Source: Candidatus Aminicenantes bacterium (GTDB lineage Bacteria > Acidobacteriota > Aminicenantia > UBA2199). From it: 39,482 nucleotides of DNA. Below are positions 7,649-18,014 of this stretch, in pieces. Where the stretch lies: assembly GCA_029939015.1 (NCBI GenBank), contig JAOZTV010000001.1, positions 1-39,482 of the forward strand, read 5' to 3'. Every line of letters starts with the position of its first letter. Within the stretch, counting starts at the first letter, position 1. The notes under the pieces were generated by a model. The model was given only the letters and a program-made list of their open reading frames with translations. It was not told the DNA's origin and ran no database searches. Made by a program: the position numbers and the translations under genes.

Positions 7649-10189
7649 CTAAAAACCTTTAATTTCATCAAACTGTAAATATTTATAGATTGAGTCTGCT
7701 TCAGGCTCTACTCTTTCTTTATAATATTCAAAATATTCTTTAACTGTTGGTAATTTTCCTTTTATTGCAACTATTGCACCTAATTCAGCTGAGCCTAAAT
7801 ATACTTTTGTGTCATCTCCCATCCTATTATCAAAATTTCTTGTTGAAGTTGAATAAACTGTCCCATCTTTTGGTACTCTCAGCTGGTTTCCCATACAGAG
7901 TGAACAACCAGGTATTTCAATTCTTGCTCCCATCTTATTAAATGTTGAGAATGTCCCTTCCTTTTTAAGTTGCAGATTGTCCATTCGGGTTGGAGGAGTT
8001 AGGTATAATCTTGATTTCGCCTTATCTTTTTCTTTTTCCCATATTTTATTAGCAGCCCTATAATGCCCGATATTTGTCATACATGAGCCTACAAAGACAT
8101 CATCTATTTCTGTTCCTGACAGTTCTGATAATAATTTCACATCGTCAGGGTCATTAGGACAACACAGTATTGGTTCTTTAATATCTGAGAGATCAATTTC
8201 AATTATTTCATCATATTTTGCATTCTTGTCTGCACTCAGAAGTTTTGGGTTTTCTAACCATTTTTTCACATCATCTATTCTTTTTTGAATAGTATTACTG
8301 TCTTTATAATCCTTAACTATAAGTTCTTCCATTAAAGCAATATTTGATTTTAAATATTCAATAACACTTTCTTCTGAAAGCTTTATACAACCAGCAGCTG
8401 CACTTCTTTCAGCTGTAGCATCAGTCATTTCAAAAGCCTGTTCAACCTTAATATTTTCAAGTCCTTCTATTTCAAGTATTTTACCATTAAAAACATTCTT
8501 CTTGTTCTTCTTCTCTACTGTCAATAAACCTTTTTGAATTGCAAAATATGGAATGGCATTTACAGCATCCCTTAAGGTAATTCCCGGATTTAATTTGCCC
8601 TTGAATCTAACAAGAATAGAGCCGGGCATATCAAGAGGCATAAAGCCTAAAGCTCCAGCAAAGGCGACAAGCCCTGACCCTGAGGGAAAAGAAATACCTA
8701 AAGGAAATCTAGTATGAGAATCACCACCAGTCCCAAAGGTATCAGGAACCAATAATCGATTAAGCCATGTATGAATAACTCCATCGCCAGGTTTTAATGA
8801 TAGACCACCTCTTTCTGAAATAAATTCAGGCAGGTTTTCGTGCATTTCAATATCTTTTTTCTTGGGATAAGCAGCAGTATGACAGAATGACTGCATAAAC
8901 AAAGGTGTCTGAAATTTCAAGCAGGCAAGTTCAGTTAATTCATCAGCAGTCATTGGACCAGTTGTATCCTGTGAGCCAACAGTTGTTGCTATAGGTTCAC
9001 AGGCCGTCCCTGGCAACACACCATCAAGTCCACAAGCCTTACCTACAATTTTTTGAGCTAAAGTATATCCCTGCCCTTCTTTTGGAATTGGGTTTTTCAC
9101 ATTTGTAAATATATCTGTTTTATCAAATTTTAATGTATCAATTGCCTTATCAGTTAATGATTTTCCAATTATAAGAGGTATTCTACCCCCTGCCCTAAAT
9201 TCATCAAAAATTGTTTCTGGTTTAATTTTGAAATCCAAAAGAGTTTCTCCTGAACTATTTAAAATCACACCCTCTTTAGTTTTAATTATAATAATTTCAC
9301 CATGATTTAATTTTGAGACATCACATATAATCGGAAATCCACCTGAGTCCTGAACTGTATTAAAAAATATTGGAGCAATTACACCACCAATAATGATACC
9401 CTTACGTCTTTTATTTGGAATAAATGGAATATCCTCACCAATATGCCATAATAGACTATTTGTTGCAGATTTTCTTGAAGAACCAGTCCCAACTACATCA
9501 CCAACAAATGCAACTCTATGCCCCTGCTCTTTCCATTCCTTTATCTGCTCTATTGCTCCGGGAAATCTTTTTATTCCCATTGAAAGAGCATGCAGTGGAA
9601 TATCTGGTCTGCTCCATGCTTCTCCTGCTGGTGAAAAATCGTCAGTATTAATTTCACCATCAACTTTAAATATTTTGACTTTAATAATTTCTTCAATTTC
9701 CGGTTTATTTAAAAACCAGTCTGCATCTGCCCAACTTTCTAACAAAAGTTTTGCATTATTATTTGATTTAGACAATTCTAATACATCATCGAATGCATCA
9801 TATATAAGGATTATATTTTTAAGAACATTCAATGCATATTTAGCTATTTTATCATTTTTAAGAGCATCAATTAAGTATTGTAGGTTATATCCACCAAGCA
9901 TTGTGCCCAATATAATTAATGCTTCCTTTGAATTTAAACCTTCAACAAATAGCTCTTCCAAAACAATTTTATTTAAGAAATCAGCCTTAATTTTTGCTGA
10001 AGGTGCTACACCTGGCAATACTCTATCTTTTAAAAGTTCTATCAATATGCCTTGATTATAGACATTAGAAGTACTTATCAATAAGTTACAAACTTCTTTA
10101 GTTTCTTCTACATTAAGTGGTAAAGGAGGTATTCCAATGCTTTCCCTTTCTTCTTTATGTTCAAAATATTTTTTCATTATATCTGACAT
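7649..10189 (-). CDS. acnB: aconitate hydratase B (bifunctional aconitase 2 / 2-methylisocitrate dehydratase)
   Basis: 846 aa. The AcnB-specific N-terminal HEAT-like domain and swivel domain precede the Fe-S aconitase domains (GSCMTNIGH, IPGCSLCMGNQ, STSTRNFDNRMG). Confidence 0.9.
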   Translation of the reverse strand: MSDIMKKYFEHKEERESIGIPPLPLNVEETKEVCNLLISTSNVYNQGILIELLKDRVLPGVAPSAKIKADFLNKIVLEELFVEGLNSKEALIILGTMLGGYNLQYLIDALKNDKIAKYALNVLKNIILIYDAFDDVLELSKSNNNAKLLLESWADADWFLNKPEIEEIIKVKIFKVDGEINTDDFSPAGEAWSRPDIPLHALSMGIKRFPGAIEQIKEWKEQGHRVAFVGDVVGTGSSRKSATNSLLWHIGEDIPFIPNKRRKGIIIGGVIAPIFFNTVQDSGGFPIICDVSKLNHGEIIIIKTKEGVILNSSGETLLDFKIKPETIFDEFRAGGRIPLIIGKSLTDKAIDTLKFDKTDIFTNVKNPIPKEGQGYTLAQKIVGKACGLDGVLPGTACEPIATTVGSQDTTGPMTADELTELACLKFQTPLFMQSFCHTAAYPKKKDIEMHENLPEFISERGGLSLKPGDGVIHTWLNRLLVPDTFGTGGDSHTRFPLGISFPSGSGLVAFAGALGFMPLDMPGSILVRFKGKLNPGITLRDAVNAIPYFAIQKGLLTVEKKNKKNVFNGKILEIEGLENIKVEQAFEMTDATAERSAAAGCIKLSEESVIEYLKSNIALMEELIVKDYKDSNTIQKRIDDVKKWLENPKLLSADKNAKYDEIIEIDLSDIKEPILCCPNDPDDVKLLSELSGTEIDDVFVGSCMTNIGHYRAANKIWEKEKDKAKSRLYLTPPTRMDNLQLKKEGTFSTFNKMGARIEIPGCSLCMGNQLRVPKDGTVYSTSTRNFDNRMGDDTKVYLGSAELGAIVAIKGKLPTVKEYFEYYKERVEPEADSIYKYLQFDEIKGF

Positions 10190-10242
10190 TTTAACTCCTT
10201 ATTTTTTGTTTATTTTTAACATTATAAATCATACAACTCTTT

Positions 10243-11442
10243 TTAAAATCTTGCAAGTAATTTCATAAGCAATGGTCTATGTATGTCTATCGTTTTTTCA
10301 GGGCATAATTCCTGACAACAAAAACATCTTATACAATTATCCAAGTTTACGATTGCTTTGTTATTTTCCATATATATTGTCTTAGGAGGACATGCATCAT
10401 AACAGATTTTGCAACCAATACATCCTTTTTCTTTAAAAATCGGCTTTGGTGTTGCAAGCTTCTTTAATATATTTTGTAAAAATTCAGGTCCCTTTCCTGC
10501 AAAATTCAAACCATAAGATTCTGGAATTATAAAATTATTAATTTTAAATTTTTCAACCTTTTCACCAATTAATTCAATATCATTATAATTCTCTTCACAT
10601 ATCTTACGTTTAATTGACTCTGAAATAGTTGGGACTCGTTGATGATTAAGACTTATCAAATCTGTTGCAATCATATCTAAATGAAAAGGAGACTCCGAGG
10701 CAATTACTGCACCAATTTCCCTTGGATCTCCTGATGATGGTCCTTCGCCCTCCATACCAATAATTGCATCCATAAAAGAAATAACAGGATTTACAATTTC
10801 ACATATATCAATTAACATATTTGCGAAATCCTTTAATTCAGACATTTTATAATGATATTCAGCCTTTAAAACTCCGGGTACTGTTCCAAAAAGGTTTTTA
10901 ACTGCACCTGTAAAAACCATCATCCCATGTGTTTTTAGTTTTGATATTGATATTATCTTGTCAACATCGTTTAACATATCAACAAGAGTAAGTTTATTTA
11001 AAATTTTCCCATTTTTATTTTTCTTTTCAAAACTTTTAAAATTGTCATTTAGTTTTATTGATGCTTTTATATTATTATTATCAATATATTCATTTAATTC
11101 TAATACAATTTGATTCATACCCGTAGTTTTATATATACTTTTTAAAAGCATTTTATTAAATGGACCTCCGGGACTGTCACCAATAATCACATTAATTTCA
11201 TTATCCAAGAGTATTGATGATATTGCTTTAACAAAGAGAGGATGAACTGTGACTGCCAATTCGGGATTAGATTTCATAAGAAGATTTATCTTTAATAAAA
11301 CCCTATCTCCTTTATTTAAGAACTTATCTATTCCTCCAATATTATCAAAAGATTTTTTTAATACTTCTATTAATTCAAGATAATCATAATTTAAACATTT
11401 TTCCAGGGAAACTTTATTTTTCATATTAAATAATAATATCAT
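10243..11442 (-). CDS. DUF362-domain protein with C-terminal 2x[4Fe-4S] ferredoxin domain
   Basis: DUF362-like core (...KTHGMMVFTGAVKNLFG...) followed by CIGCKICYDACP and CIRCFCCQELCP. The true start is probably the internal MKNKVSLEK (11424). Confidence 0.75.
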   Translation of the reverse strand: MILLFNMKNKVSLEKCLNYDYLELIEVLKKSFDNIGGIDKFLNKGDRVLLKINLLMKSNPELAVTVHPLFVKAISSILLDNEINVIIGDSPGGPFNKMLLKSIYKTTGMNQIVLELNEYIDNNNIKASIKLNDNFKSFEKKNKNGKILNKLTLVDMLNDVDKIISISKLKTHGMMVFTGAVKNLFGTVPGVLKAEYHYKMSELKDFANMLIDICEIVNPVISFMDAIIGMEGEGPSSGDPREIGAVIASESPFHLDMIATDLISLNHQRVPTISESIKRKICEENYNDIELIGEKVEKFKINNFIIPESYGLNFAGKGPEFLQNILKKLATPKPIFKEKGCIGCKICYDACPPKTIYMENNKAIVNLDNCIRCFCCQELCPEKTIDIHRPLLMKLLARF

Positions 11443-11495
11443 AATAAAAAGAAGTCAAACCTTGCTCAATAATTGTAAATATTATATAATCATTA

Positions 11496-12482
11496 ATGAT
11501 GAAAAACAATCTTTTATTTTTTTTGTTATTTATATTGATTTTTTTGTCTTTTTGCGGTAAACAAAAAGAGCAACAACAAAAGGATACAATTAAGCAACCT
11601 GAAGTTAAAAAAAAAATCATTAAAAAAAAAACAAATAAAATAGTATTAGTAATAGATGACCAAAAATATCTTGAAAATGATTTTAAAAGTTTTCTAAAAC
11701 TTCATTCTAAATCCTTTTCTGACATTAAATTAAGAGATAGAATATACTCTTATATTTTTGAAAAGTATGTAATCCAGAGAATGTTATTACATAAAACTAA
11801 GATGGATAATTTTGAGTTTAGTAAAGAAGAATTGATAAAAAGCATCAAATCTAAATTTAATTCAAATCAGGATGATATTACTGAATTATTAAATGCTGAA
11901 ATAATTAATACTTATATTGATTCTACAATATATAATAGTATAAAAATAAAGGAACGTGACATAAGAAAATACTATAATAAGGATAATAACAAAAAATATC
12001 GTAGAAAGGCTGAGGTTCACTTATTTGAGATAATGCTAAATGACAAAAAAAAGGCAAATGAAATAAGAGCTATACTTAACACTAAACCTTATAAATTTTC
12101 AGAAATTGCTGAAAAAGAATCTAAATCTAAAATTGCTAAGGAAAATGGGAGTCTCGGTTTTATTGACCCCGACAATTTACCTGAATCATTTAAAAAATTC
12201 ATAAAATCTGTACCATTAAATAAAGTAACACCTGTTGTTGAATTTTTATATGGTGAGGTTAATGGAAAAAAAGTTTATACGTACCATATTTTTAAAGTGA
12301 CCCAAAAAAAAAGGGGGGGGAGATTACTCTATTATACAAAGGTAAAAAAATCAATTAAAAAAGAACTTATTTTACAAAAAAAACAAGAATTATATAATGA
12401 ATTAATAGAAAGCCTTAGTAGTACATTAGATATTAAAATTATCACGAAAAATCTTTCTTTTAAATATATAAAAAAAAAATAA
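11496..12482 (+). CDS. parvulin-type peptidyl-prolyl isomerase lipoprotein (PpiD/PrsA/SurA-like)
   Basis: Signal peptide with lipobox (LSFCGK). Parvulin domain AEVHLFEIML...FSEIAEKESKSK...NGSLGFID...TYHIFKV. Contains an A9G8 homopolymer tract at 12304-12320. Confidence 0.7.
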   Translation: MMKNNLLFFLLFILIFLSFCGKQKEQQQKDTIKQPEVKKKIIKKKTNKIVLVIDDQKYLENDFKSFLKLHSKSFSDIKLRDRIYSYIFEKYVIQRMLLHKTKMDNFEFSKEELIKSIKSKFNSNQDDITELLNAEIINTYIDSTIYNSIKIKERDIRKYYNKDNNKKYRRKAEVHLFEIMLNDKKKANEIRAILNTKPYKFSEIAEKESKSKIAKENGSLGFIDPDNLPESFKKFIKSVPLNKVTPVVEFLYGEVNGKKVYTYHIFKVTQKKRGGRLLYYTKVKKSIKKELILQKKQELYNELIESLSSTLDIKIITKNLSFKYIKKK

Positions 12483-12494
12483 CTGGAGAAAAAA

Positions 12495-13460
12495 ATGAAA
12501 TCAATAAAACAAACATTAATATTAATCATACTTATCGGTACCTTTTCAATTAGCTTATTTTCTGAGGTCGTAGAAAAAATCTATGCAGTTGTAAATAATG
12601 AAGTAATTACAAAATCTGACTTTGCAAATAATGTAAATATGCAAATCCAGGAGTATAATAAAACAGCTGAAAAGAAGAAATACACACTGACAAAAAAAGA
12701 AAAATTAGAAGCCTTAAATATGTTAATTGAGTCGAAACTCATATTATCAAAGGCAAAACTAAAAGATTATGATGTTAAAAATGATGTAAAGTTATGGGTA
12801 AATCAAATTAAAAAAGAAAATAATTTCGCTTCTGATAAAGAATTCGCAGATGCACTTAAATCTCAGGGAATTGATATGACACTTGAAGAATTCCTTGAAA
12901 GTAGAAAATTACAAGTTATGCAGCAAAGATTAATTCAAGACGAAGTATCACGAAATATTTCAATTGATAATTCTGAAATAATGGAATATTTTAAAAAAAA
13001 CAAAAAAGATTATATGACTGAGATGACAATTGAATTAAATTGTATTTTATTAAATAAAGAAAACACAGATTCAGCTTTTTTAGAAGTTAAGATGAAAGAA
13101 ATATCTGAAAAACTCAAAAACGATAAATTCAAATCTATTGCAAAAGAATATTCCCAATTAACAACAGACCCTGAAACTAATTTTTATCTTGGTAAATTTA
13201 AAAGTGGTGAGTTAAACAAAAAAATTGAAGAGACTTCACTAAAGTTAGCAAAAGATGCCTATTCTGACTGGATAGAAACTGATAATGCATGGTATATAGT
13301 ACAACTAGTTGAAAGAAACGATTCAAAATTTGTTGAGTATAAATCCGTAAGAGGCAAAATACAAAATGTAATTTTCATGAAAAGAAGACAGGTAGAGTTA
13401 AAAAAATATGTTGAAGTTTTAAGAAAAAACAGTTATGTAGAAGTATTTGTTAAATTCTAA
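12495..13460 (+). CDS. SurA-like periplasmic chaperone / divergent PPIase
   Basis: Signal peptide. SurA N-terminal-like segment (VEKIYAVVNNEVITKSDF) and a degenerate parvulin-like C-terminal domain (...AWYIVQLVER). Paralogous layout to the preceding gene. Confidence 0.6.
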   Translation: MKSIKQTLILIILIGTFSISLFSEVVEKIYAVVNNEVITKSDFANNVNMQIQEYNKTAEKKKYTLTKKEKLEALNMLIESKLILSKAKLKDYDVKNDVKLWVNQIKKENNFASDKEFADALKSQGIDMTLEEFLESRKLQVMQQRLIQDEVSRNISIDNSEIMEYFKKNKKDYMTEMTIELNCILLNKENTDSAFLEVKMKEISEKLKNDKFKSIAKEYSQLTTDPETNFYLGKFKSGELNKKIEETSLKLAKDAYSDWIETDNAWYIVQLVERNDSKFVEYKSVRGKIQNVIFMKRRQVELKKYVEVLRKNSYVEVFVKF

Positions 13461-13471
13461 AAGGAGGATTT

Positions 13472-14575
13472 ATGAAAAAGATTAAAAGGATTGGAGTTCT
13501 TACAGGTGGTGGTGATTGTCCTGGACTAAATGCAGTTATTAGAGGAGTTGTCGATACTGCTATTTTGGATTATGGAATTGAAGTCTATGGAATAAGAGAT
13601 GGCTATTCTGGATTAATAAATAAAAAAATATCAAAACTTGAACTTACAGATGTTTCAGGTATTTTGCCAAGAGGTGGAACAATACTTGGAACTTCAAATA
13701 GAGATAATCCTTTTATGTACCATACTAATGAAAAAGACAAAGATGGTAATTTAAAATATATTGACGTATCTAAGGAAGTTTTAAAAACTGTTGACTATAA
13801 TGATCTTGATGTAATTATCACTATTGGTGGTGATGGTACTCAGGCAATTGCTAATAGATTATACGAAGAATGTGGAATTCCTGTCGTTGGAGTACCTAAA
13901 ACTATTGACAATGATATAGATGGCACTGACGTTACTTTTGGTTTTGACACAGCCTTATCAATTGCAACAAGTGCTATTGACAAACTTCATTCAACTGCTG
14001 AGTCTCATCATAGAATTATGGTTATTGAAGTTATGGGTAGATATGCTGGATGGATAGCTCTACATTCAGGTATTGCAGGTGGAAGTGATGTTATTCTTAT
14101 ACCTGAATTACCTTTTACAATGGACAAAATAGCTGAAAAAATTAATAGCAGAACAAAACAGGGAAAAAGATTTTCTCTAATAACCGTTGCCGAAGGTGCA
14201 AAAATGAAAGGTGGTAATGTTGTTGCACAGCGAAAAGTCGCTGACCCTAACGACCCTATCAGACTTGGAGGTATTTCTACTATTATAGGTAACAAAATAG
14301 AGGACCTGACTGGAATAGAAACAAGATTTACTATATTAGGTCATGTTCAGAGAGGTGGCAGTCCTTCTCCATTTGACAGAATACTTGCAACTCGCTTTGG
14401 TTATCATGCAGTAGTTGCAGCAGTTGAAGGAAAATTTGGACATCTTGTTGGAGTTAGAGGTGAATATATTAAAACTACTCCAATCGCAGAGGCCATAGCT
14501 GTGCCAAGAAGGGTTAAGCCTGATTCAGAATTAGTTAAAACCGCAATGGCTGTAGGTACAAGTTTTGGTATTTAG
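13472..14575 (+). CDS. pfkA: 6-phosphofructokinase (PfkA family)
   Basis: GGDCPGLNAVIRG, TIGGDGT, PKTIDNDI, MGRYAGWIAL, GHVQRGG. A Gly in the GGDG motif combined with Lys in PKTIDND resembles the mixed ATP/PPi group. The stop codon overlaps the stop of the convergent receptor gene. Confidence 0.9.
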   Translation: MKKIKRIGVLTGGGDCPGLNAVIRGVVDTAILDYGIEVYGIRDGYSGLINKKISKLELTDVSGILPRGGTILGTSNRDNPFMYHTNEKDKDGNLKYIDVSKEVLKTVDYNDLDVIITIGGDGTQAIANRLYEECGIPVVGVPKTIDNDIDGTDVTFGFDTALSIATSAIDKLHSTAESHHRIMVIEVMGRYAGWIALHSGIAGGSDVILIPELPFTMDKIAEKINSRTKQGKRFSLITVAEGAKMKGGNVVAQRKVADPNDPIRLGGISTIIGNKIEDLTGIETRFTILGHVQRGGSPSPFDRILATRFGYHAVVAAVEGKFGHLVGVRGEYIKTTPIAEAIAVPRRVKPDSELVKTAMAVGTSFGI

Positions 14576-16341
14576 GTGTCATAAGAAAACTGGATATAAG
14601 CCCATCTACCGGGGATTTTAATTCCCGGTATTTCTTCTATTATTGTATCAAACACATTATTTACCCTTAATGTAATTTTAAAATATGATAATTTTAAATT
14701 AAGTTTGAAATCTAAAAAGTGACCTTTAATGTCTGTATTATTAATAGTTTTATAATTATAGTTTGCGATAGCTCTTAATTTTTTAATAATCGGTATAGAT
14801 ATATTTAATTTATAAACAAAATCAGGATACCTTAGTCCATATTTTGACAAAAAATTAAAGCTTGATTCTGTTGAATAAATTTTTTCAATACCATAATTAA
14901 AAATAATTTTATCAATAGTAATATTATGAATAAATTCAAAACCATATATGTTATTTTTTTCAATATTTACTGCCTGCCAGTATTTTGAATAGTCCCCTAT
15001 ATCAGAATATTTAACCCAGTCGATACTATTATTCTGGTCTCTGTAAAAAAGACTTATATCAAAACTATGATTATTTATCAAATACAAAATTGACGTTTCA
15101 TAATTAAGATTTGTCTCATTTTGTAAATTTGTATTACCATGATTTGATGGTGAATTATAATATAATTCTGTAAATGACGGCATTCTAAAAGATTTACCTG
15201 TACTTAATTTCAATTTAATATTATTATTAAAATCATAATACAAGCCTGAATAAAGTATCAAGTTTGTATCATTTTTATCAAAAAAAGTTGTTCTAAGACC
15301 CACATCGATTCCACTTTTATTAAAGGGAATATTAATATTAAAAAAAATTGAACCGGTTTTTCTATTATGATAACCCATTGAACTGCTATCCATTGTTTCC
15401 AGTTTAAAACCCAAACCACCAGCCATCCTTATTTTATTAATTCTATATTCACCAATTAAAGAAATATTATGTTGTTTTGTGCGACTTTCATTATTAAAAT
15501 AATCAATATTATGCCTGTCAAGTATGAAATAATCGTTATGGGTATTAAATGAATATTTAAGGTAATAATAATTATCACCGGTTTTTTTTTTAATTTTGAA
15601 TTGTGAAAATATTGATTCAATATCCTCTAAAGAGGCAAAAGGAGCATAAAACCCCTCTGCACCAAAACTATTTGTTTTATAGCCTGTATAAGCCTCTAAT
15701 TCAATATCATCCTTTGAATAAGAAGCCCCAGCAGTAATAGTTAATATATCAAATTCTCTGCCTTCATAAAAACCATTTGATTTTTTTTTATTAATACCAA
15801 ATTTTATTTTAAAGTTTTCATAAGATTTACCAATATTGAGTTTTGTAGAATAATAACCATTCTCACCACCTGTTAAAGATAAAGCAATTCCAGAATTTTT
15901 CTTTAAAATTATATTAATTACACCAGAATATGCACCGCTGCCATAAGTAGTAGAACTTCCACCCTTAATTATCTCAATTGTCTTGATATCCTGGACTTGA
16001 AATGGAAAATCTGAATTGAAATGACCAGTTTGCACATTATTGAAAGCTACTCCATTAATTAAAATTAAAACCTGTTCAAAATTACCGCCCCTCATGCTAA
16101 TATCAAATATTTCGCTAGAACCACCCTTTCGGCTAATATTCAAAGCTGTAAAAGACGCTAATATTTCAGAAACGGAATCACTTTTTAATAAATTGATTTC
16201 CTTTTCAGTTATAATTACTACATTTTTAGATTTAAATTTACTTGTATAAAATCTACCTATAACTTCAATTGTTTCATATATATTTGCAAAAGAAAAATAA
16301 GTAATTAGTAAAAAGGAAACAAGTAATACTTTTTTTTTCAT
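14572..16341 (-). CDS. TonB-dependent outer-membrane receptor
   Basis: Signal peptide. Plug domain (VVIITEKEINLLKSDSVSEILASFTALNISRKGG..., RGGNFEQVLILINGV) and a long beta-barrel with Y/G/N-rich strands. Confidence 0.8.
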   Translation of the reverse strand: MKKKVLLVSFLLITYFSFANIYETIEVIGRFYTSKFKSKNVVIITEKEINLLKSDSVSEILASFTALNISRKGGSSEIFDISMRGGNFEQVLILINGVAFNNVQTGHFNSDFPFQVQDIKTIEIIKGGSSTTYGSGAYSGVINIILKKNSGIALSLTGGENGYYSTKLNIGKSYENFKIKFGINKKKSNGFYEGREFDILTITAGASYSKDDIELEAYTGYKTNSFGAEGFYAPFASLEDIESIFSQFKIKKKTGDNYYYLKYSFNTHNDYFILDRHNIDYFNNESRTKQHNISLIGEYRINKIRMAGGLGFKLETMDSSSMGYHNRKTGSIFFNINIPFNKSGIDVGLRTTFFDKNDTNLILYSGLYYDFNNNIKLKLSTGKSFRMPSFTELYYNSPSNHGNTNLQNETNLNYETSILYLINNHSFDISLFYRDQNNSIDWVKYSDIGDYSKYWQAVNIEKNNIYGFEFIHNITIDKIIFNYGIEKIYSTESSFNFLSKYGLRYPDFVYKLNISIPIIKKLRAIANYNYKTINNTDIKGHFLDFKLNLKLSYFKITLRVNNVFDTIIEEIPGIKIPGRWAYIQFSYDT

Positions 16342-16347
16342 AAATGA

Positions 16348-16935
16348 TTAATAATAAATTGTTGACACTACCTTTTTATTATATTTTGTATTATTATATG
16401 TGTAACCGTTATTATATAGATGTAAGGCTCTCATAATATCTCCATTGGATTTATCATAATATCTTTTTAATATTCTAAGTCCCATTTCAATATTATATTC
16501 AATATCAAATATTTTTGAAGATTCAATTTGTAATTCATCTTTCCAAACTGAATAATTTACCTGCATCAAGCCATAGGCTCCCTGTGAAGATACAACTTTA
16601 GGTCTAAAACTACTCTCAGTATGAATTAAACTCATAATTAAATTTGGATCAAATCCATATTTTCCACTTTTCTCAAATACAACTTCAACTATTTTTGAAA
16701 AAGCAGGATATTTTTTTTTCACAATATTGTCTCTGTAGCTTATAAGTTTAAATTCATCTACCTTAGTAATAAGTTCATTAAGTTTGTTATTGTTTTTTTC
16801 AATTGTTTTTGCTAAAACACCCTTATCTGTTATGAGTTTATCCTTATCCCTATCTAATTCTTTTATATAATCAATCATTAAAAATGTTATAGCCAATAAT
16901 AAAATATTAGTAAATATAATAATTTTTTTTACCAT
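16348..16935 (-). CDS. membrane-anchored lytic transglycosylase (SLT domain)
   Basis: N-terminal TM anchor. SLT catalytic motif IHTESSF...AYGLMQV...YN. Lies 6 nt upstream of the receptor gene on the same strand. Confidence 0.8.
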   Translation of the reverse strand: MVKKIIIFTNILLLAITFLMIDYIKELDRDKDKLITDKGVLAKTIEKNNNKLNELITKVDEFKLISYRDNIVKKKYPAFSKIVEVVFEKSGKYGFDPNLIMSLIHTESSFRPKVVSSQGAYGLMQVNYSVWKDELQIESSKIFDIEYNIEMGLRILKRYYDKSNGDIMRALHLYNNGYTYNNTKYNKKVVSTIYY

Positions 16936-17168
16936 TTTTCCCTCCAGATAGTAATCTGCAATCTTTCCCTATAAGTTTTTGTGGATTAATTTTTGATTAA
17001 AATCATACGTATTCTACCATAAAATCAATTGATGTCAATTTTAAATGATTCTTAACAAAAATATGCCCTTTCCTTGACAGAATATAGGATATTTGATAAC
17101 CTTAATGATGTAAAACTGTTAAAATATAGGCTAATATAAAGTTTTATAAAGAGGAAAAAAATAGGACA

Positions 17169-17999
17169 ATGATTAGAATTATTGGAAACACATTAAATGC
17201 TTGTAATAAAAAAGTTCTTGAGAAGATGAATAAAATGGATTTCGATTATATTAAGCGTGAAGCTCTACTACAACTTGAAAATGGAGCAGACTTTATTGAA
17301 ATTAATGCATCTTCACTTTTAGACAGTGAATGGCCATTTCTAATGAAAACTATCCCACTTATTGAAAGTTTAGGAGGTAAGTTATATATTAGAAGTCAAA
17401 ATATTGATATAATAATTAAGGCTATTAATCTATCAACAAAAGAATTAATTATTGGAGACATTGAGTTCAATACTAATAAAATTGATAAACTGATTAAATA
17501 TTTAAAAGAAAATGATGTTAAACTTGTAGCTCATATATATGATAAACTTGAAAATTCAATTTATCCAGAGAAATCATTAATGATAGCCCAGTTATATGTT
17601 GATTATCTTTTAGATGCTGGTATTGAAAGGGATAGAATTCTATTAGACCCAGTAGTAAAACCTCTTGATGAAAACTTTACAAATGGCAAAACTTTCCTTA
17701 ATACTCTGGAATTATTCAAATTAGATTTTCCTCAAGTAAAAACAATTGCTAAATTATCAAATTTATCTGATGGTATGCCTAATAGAAAAATACTTAATTC
17801 ACACTTTTTATCACTTGCAATTGAAAATGGGCTTGATTATTTTGTGATAGATGCTGAAAATGAGTTAGGAAAGGCAGCAATAACATCTACACTTTCAATA
17901 ATTGGCAAAGATAGAAGTTGTAGAAACTATATAAGTTATTGTAGAGAGAAGAAGAACAATAAAGAAACTAATTTAGAAAATGAATTATCAAAATTATAA
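17169..17999 (+). CDS. pterin-binding (DHPS/MeTr-like TIM barrel) domain protein, divergent
   Basis: Collinear with methyltetrahydrofolate:corrinoid methyltransferases: IIGNTLN, ADFIEINA, LLDPVVKP, KLSNLSDGMPNRKILNSHFLSLAIENGLDYFVID. Some positions recalled as pterin ligands differ (see findings). Confidence 0.5.
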   Translation: MIRIIGNTLNACNKKVLEKMNKMDFDYIKREALLQLENGADFIEINASSLLDSEWPFLMKTIPLIESLGGKLYIRSQNIDIIIKAINLSTKELIIGDIEFNTNKIDKLIKYLKENDVKLVAHIYDKLENSIYPEKSLMIAQLYVDYLLDAGIERDRILLDPVVKPLDENFTNGKTFLNTLELFKLDFPQVKTIAKLSNLSDGMPNRKILNSHFLSLAIENGLDYFVIDAENELGKAAITSTLSIIGKDRSCRNYISYCREKKNNKETNLENELSKL

Positions 18000-18014
18000 T
18001 AGAGGATATTAAAT

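Noticed and set aside
9393-10055. 220-aa plus-strand ORF (and the 75-aa ORF at 9424..9651) inside acnB
   Set aside because: It is entirely antisense to a confidently identified, highly conserved AcnB coding region. The product is low-complexity and S/L/P-rich, with no SD and no recognisable motif. This is a typical shadow ORF of a relatively G+C-rich gene.
14572-14575. Overlapping stop codons of convergent pfkA and the TonB-receptor gene, and the 10-nt gap between convergent hypD and the 486-aa ORF at 28255..28266
   Set aside because: Both are real in the sequence but are probably just genome compaction. No structure or motif is associated with them, so they are not reported as findings.
16936-17168. 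Possible cobalamin or other riboswitch upstream of the SLT/TonB-receptor operon, next to a corrinoid-type methyltransferase-like gene
   Set aside because: The 233-nt divergent intergenic region is extremely AT-rich. It has no B12-box-like GCCACTG or conserved helices on either strand. Only a weak TTGACA...TAACCT promoter-like pair is visible.
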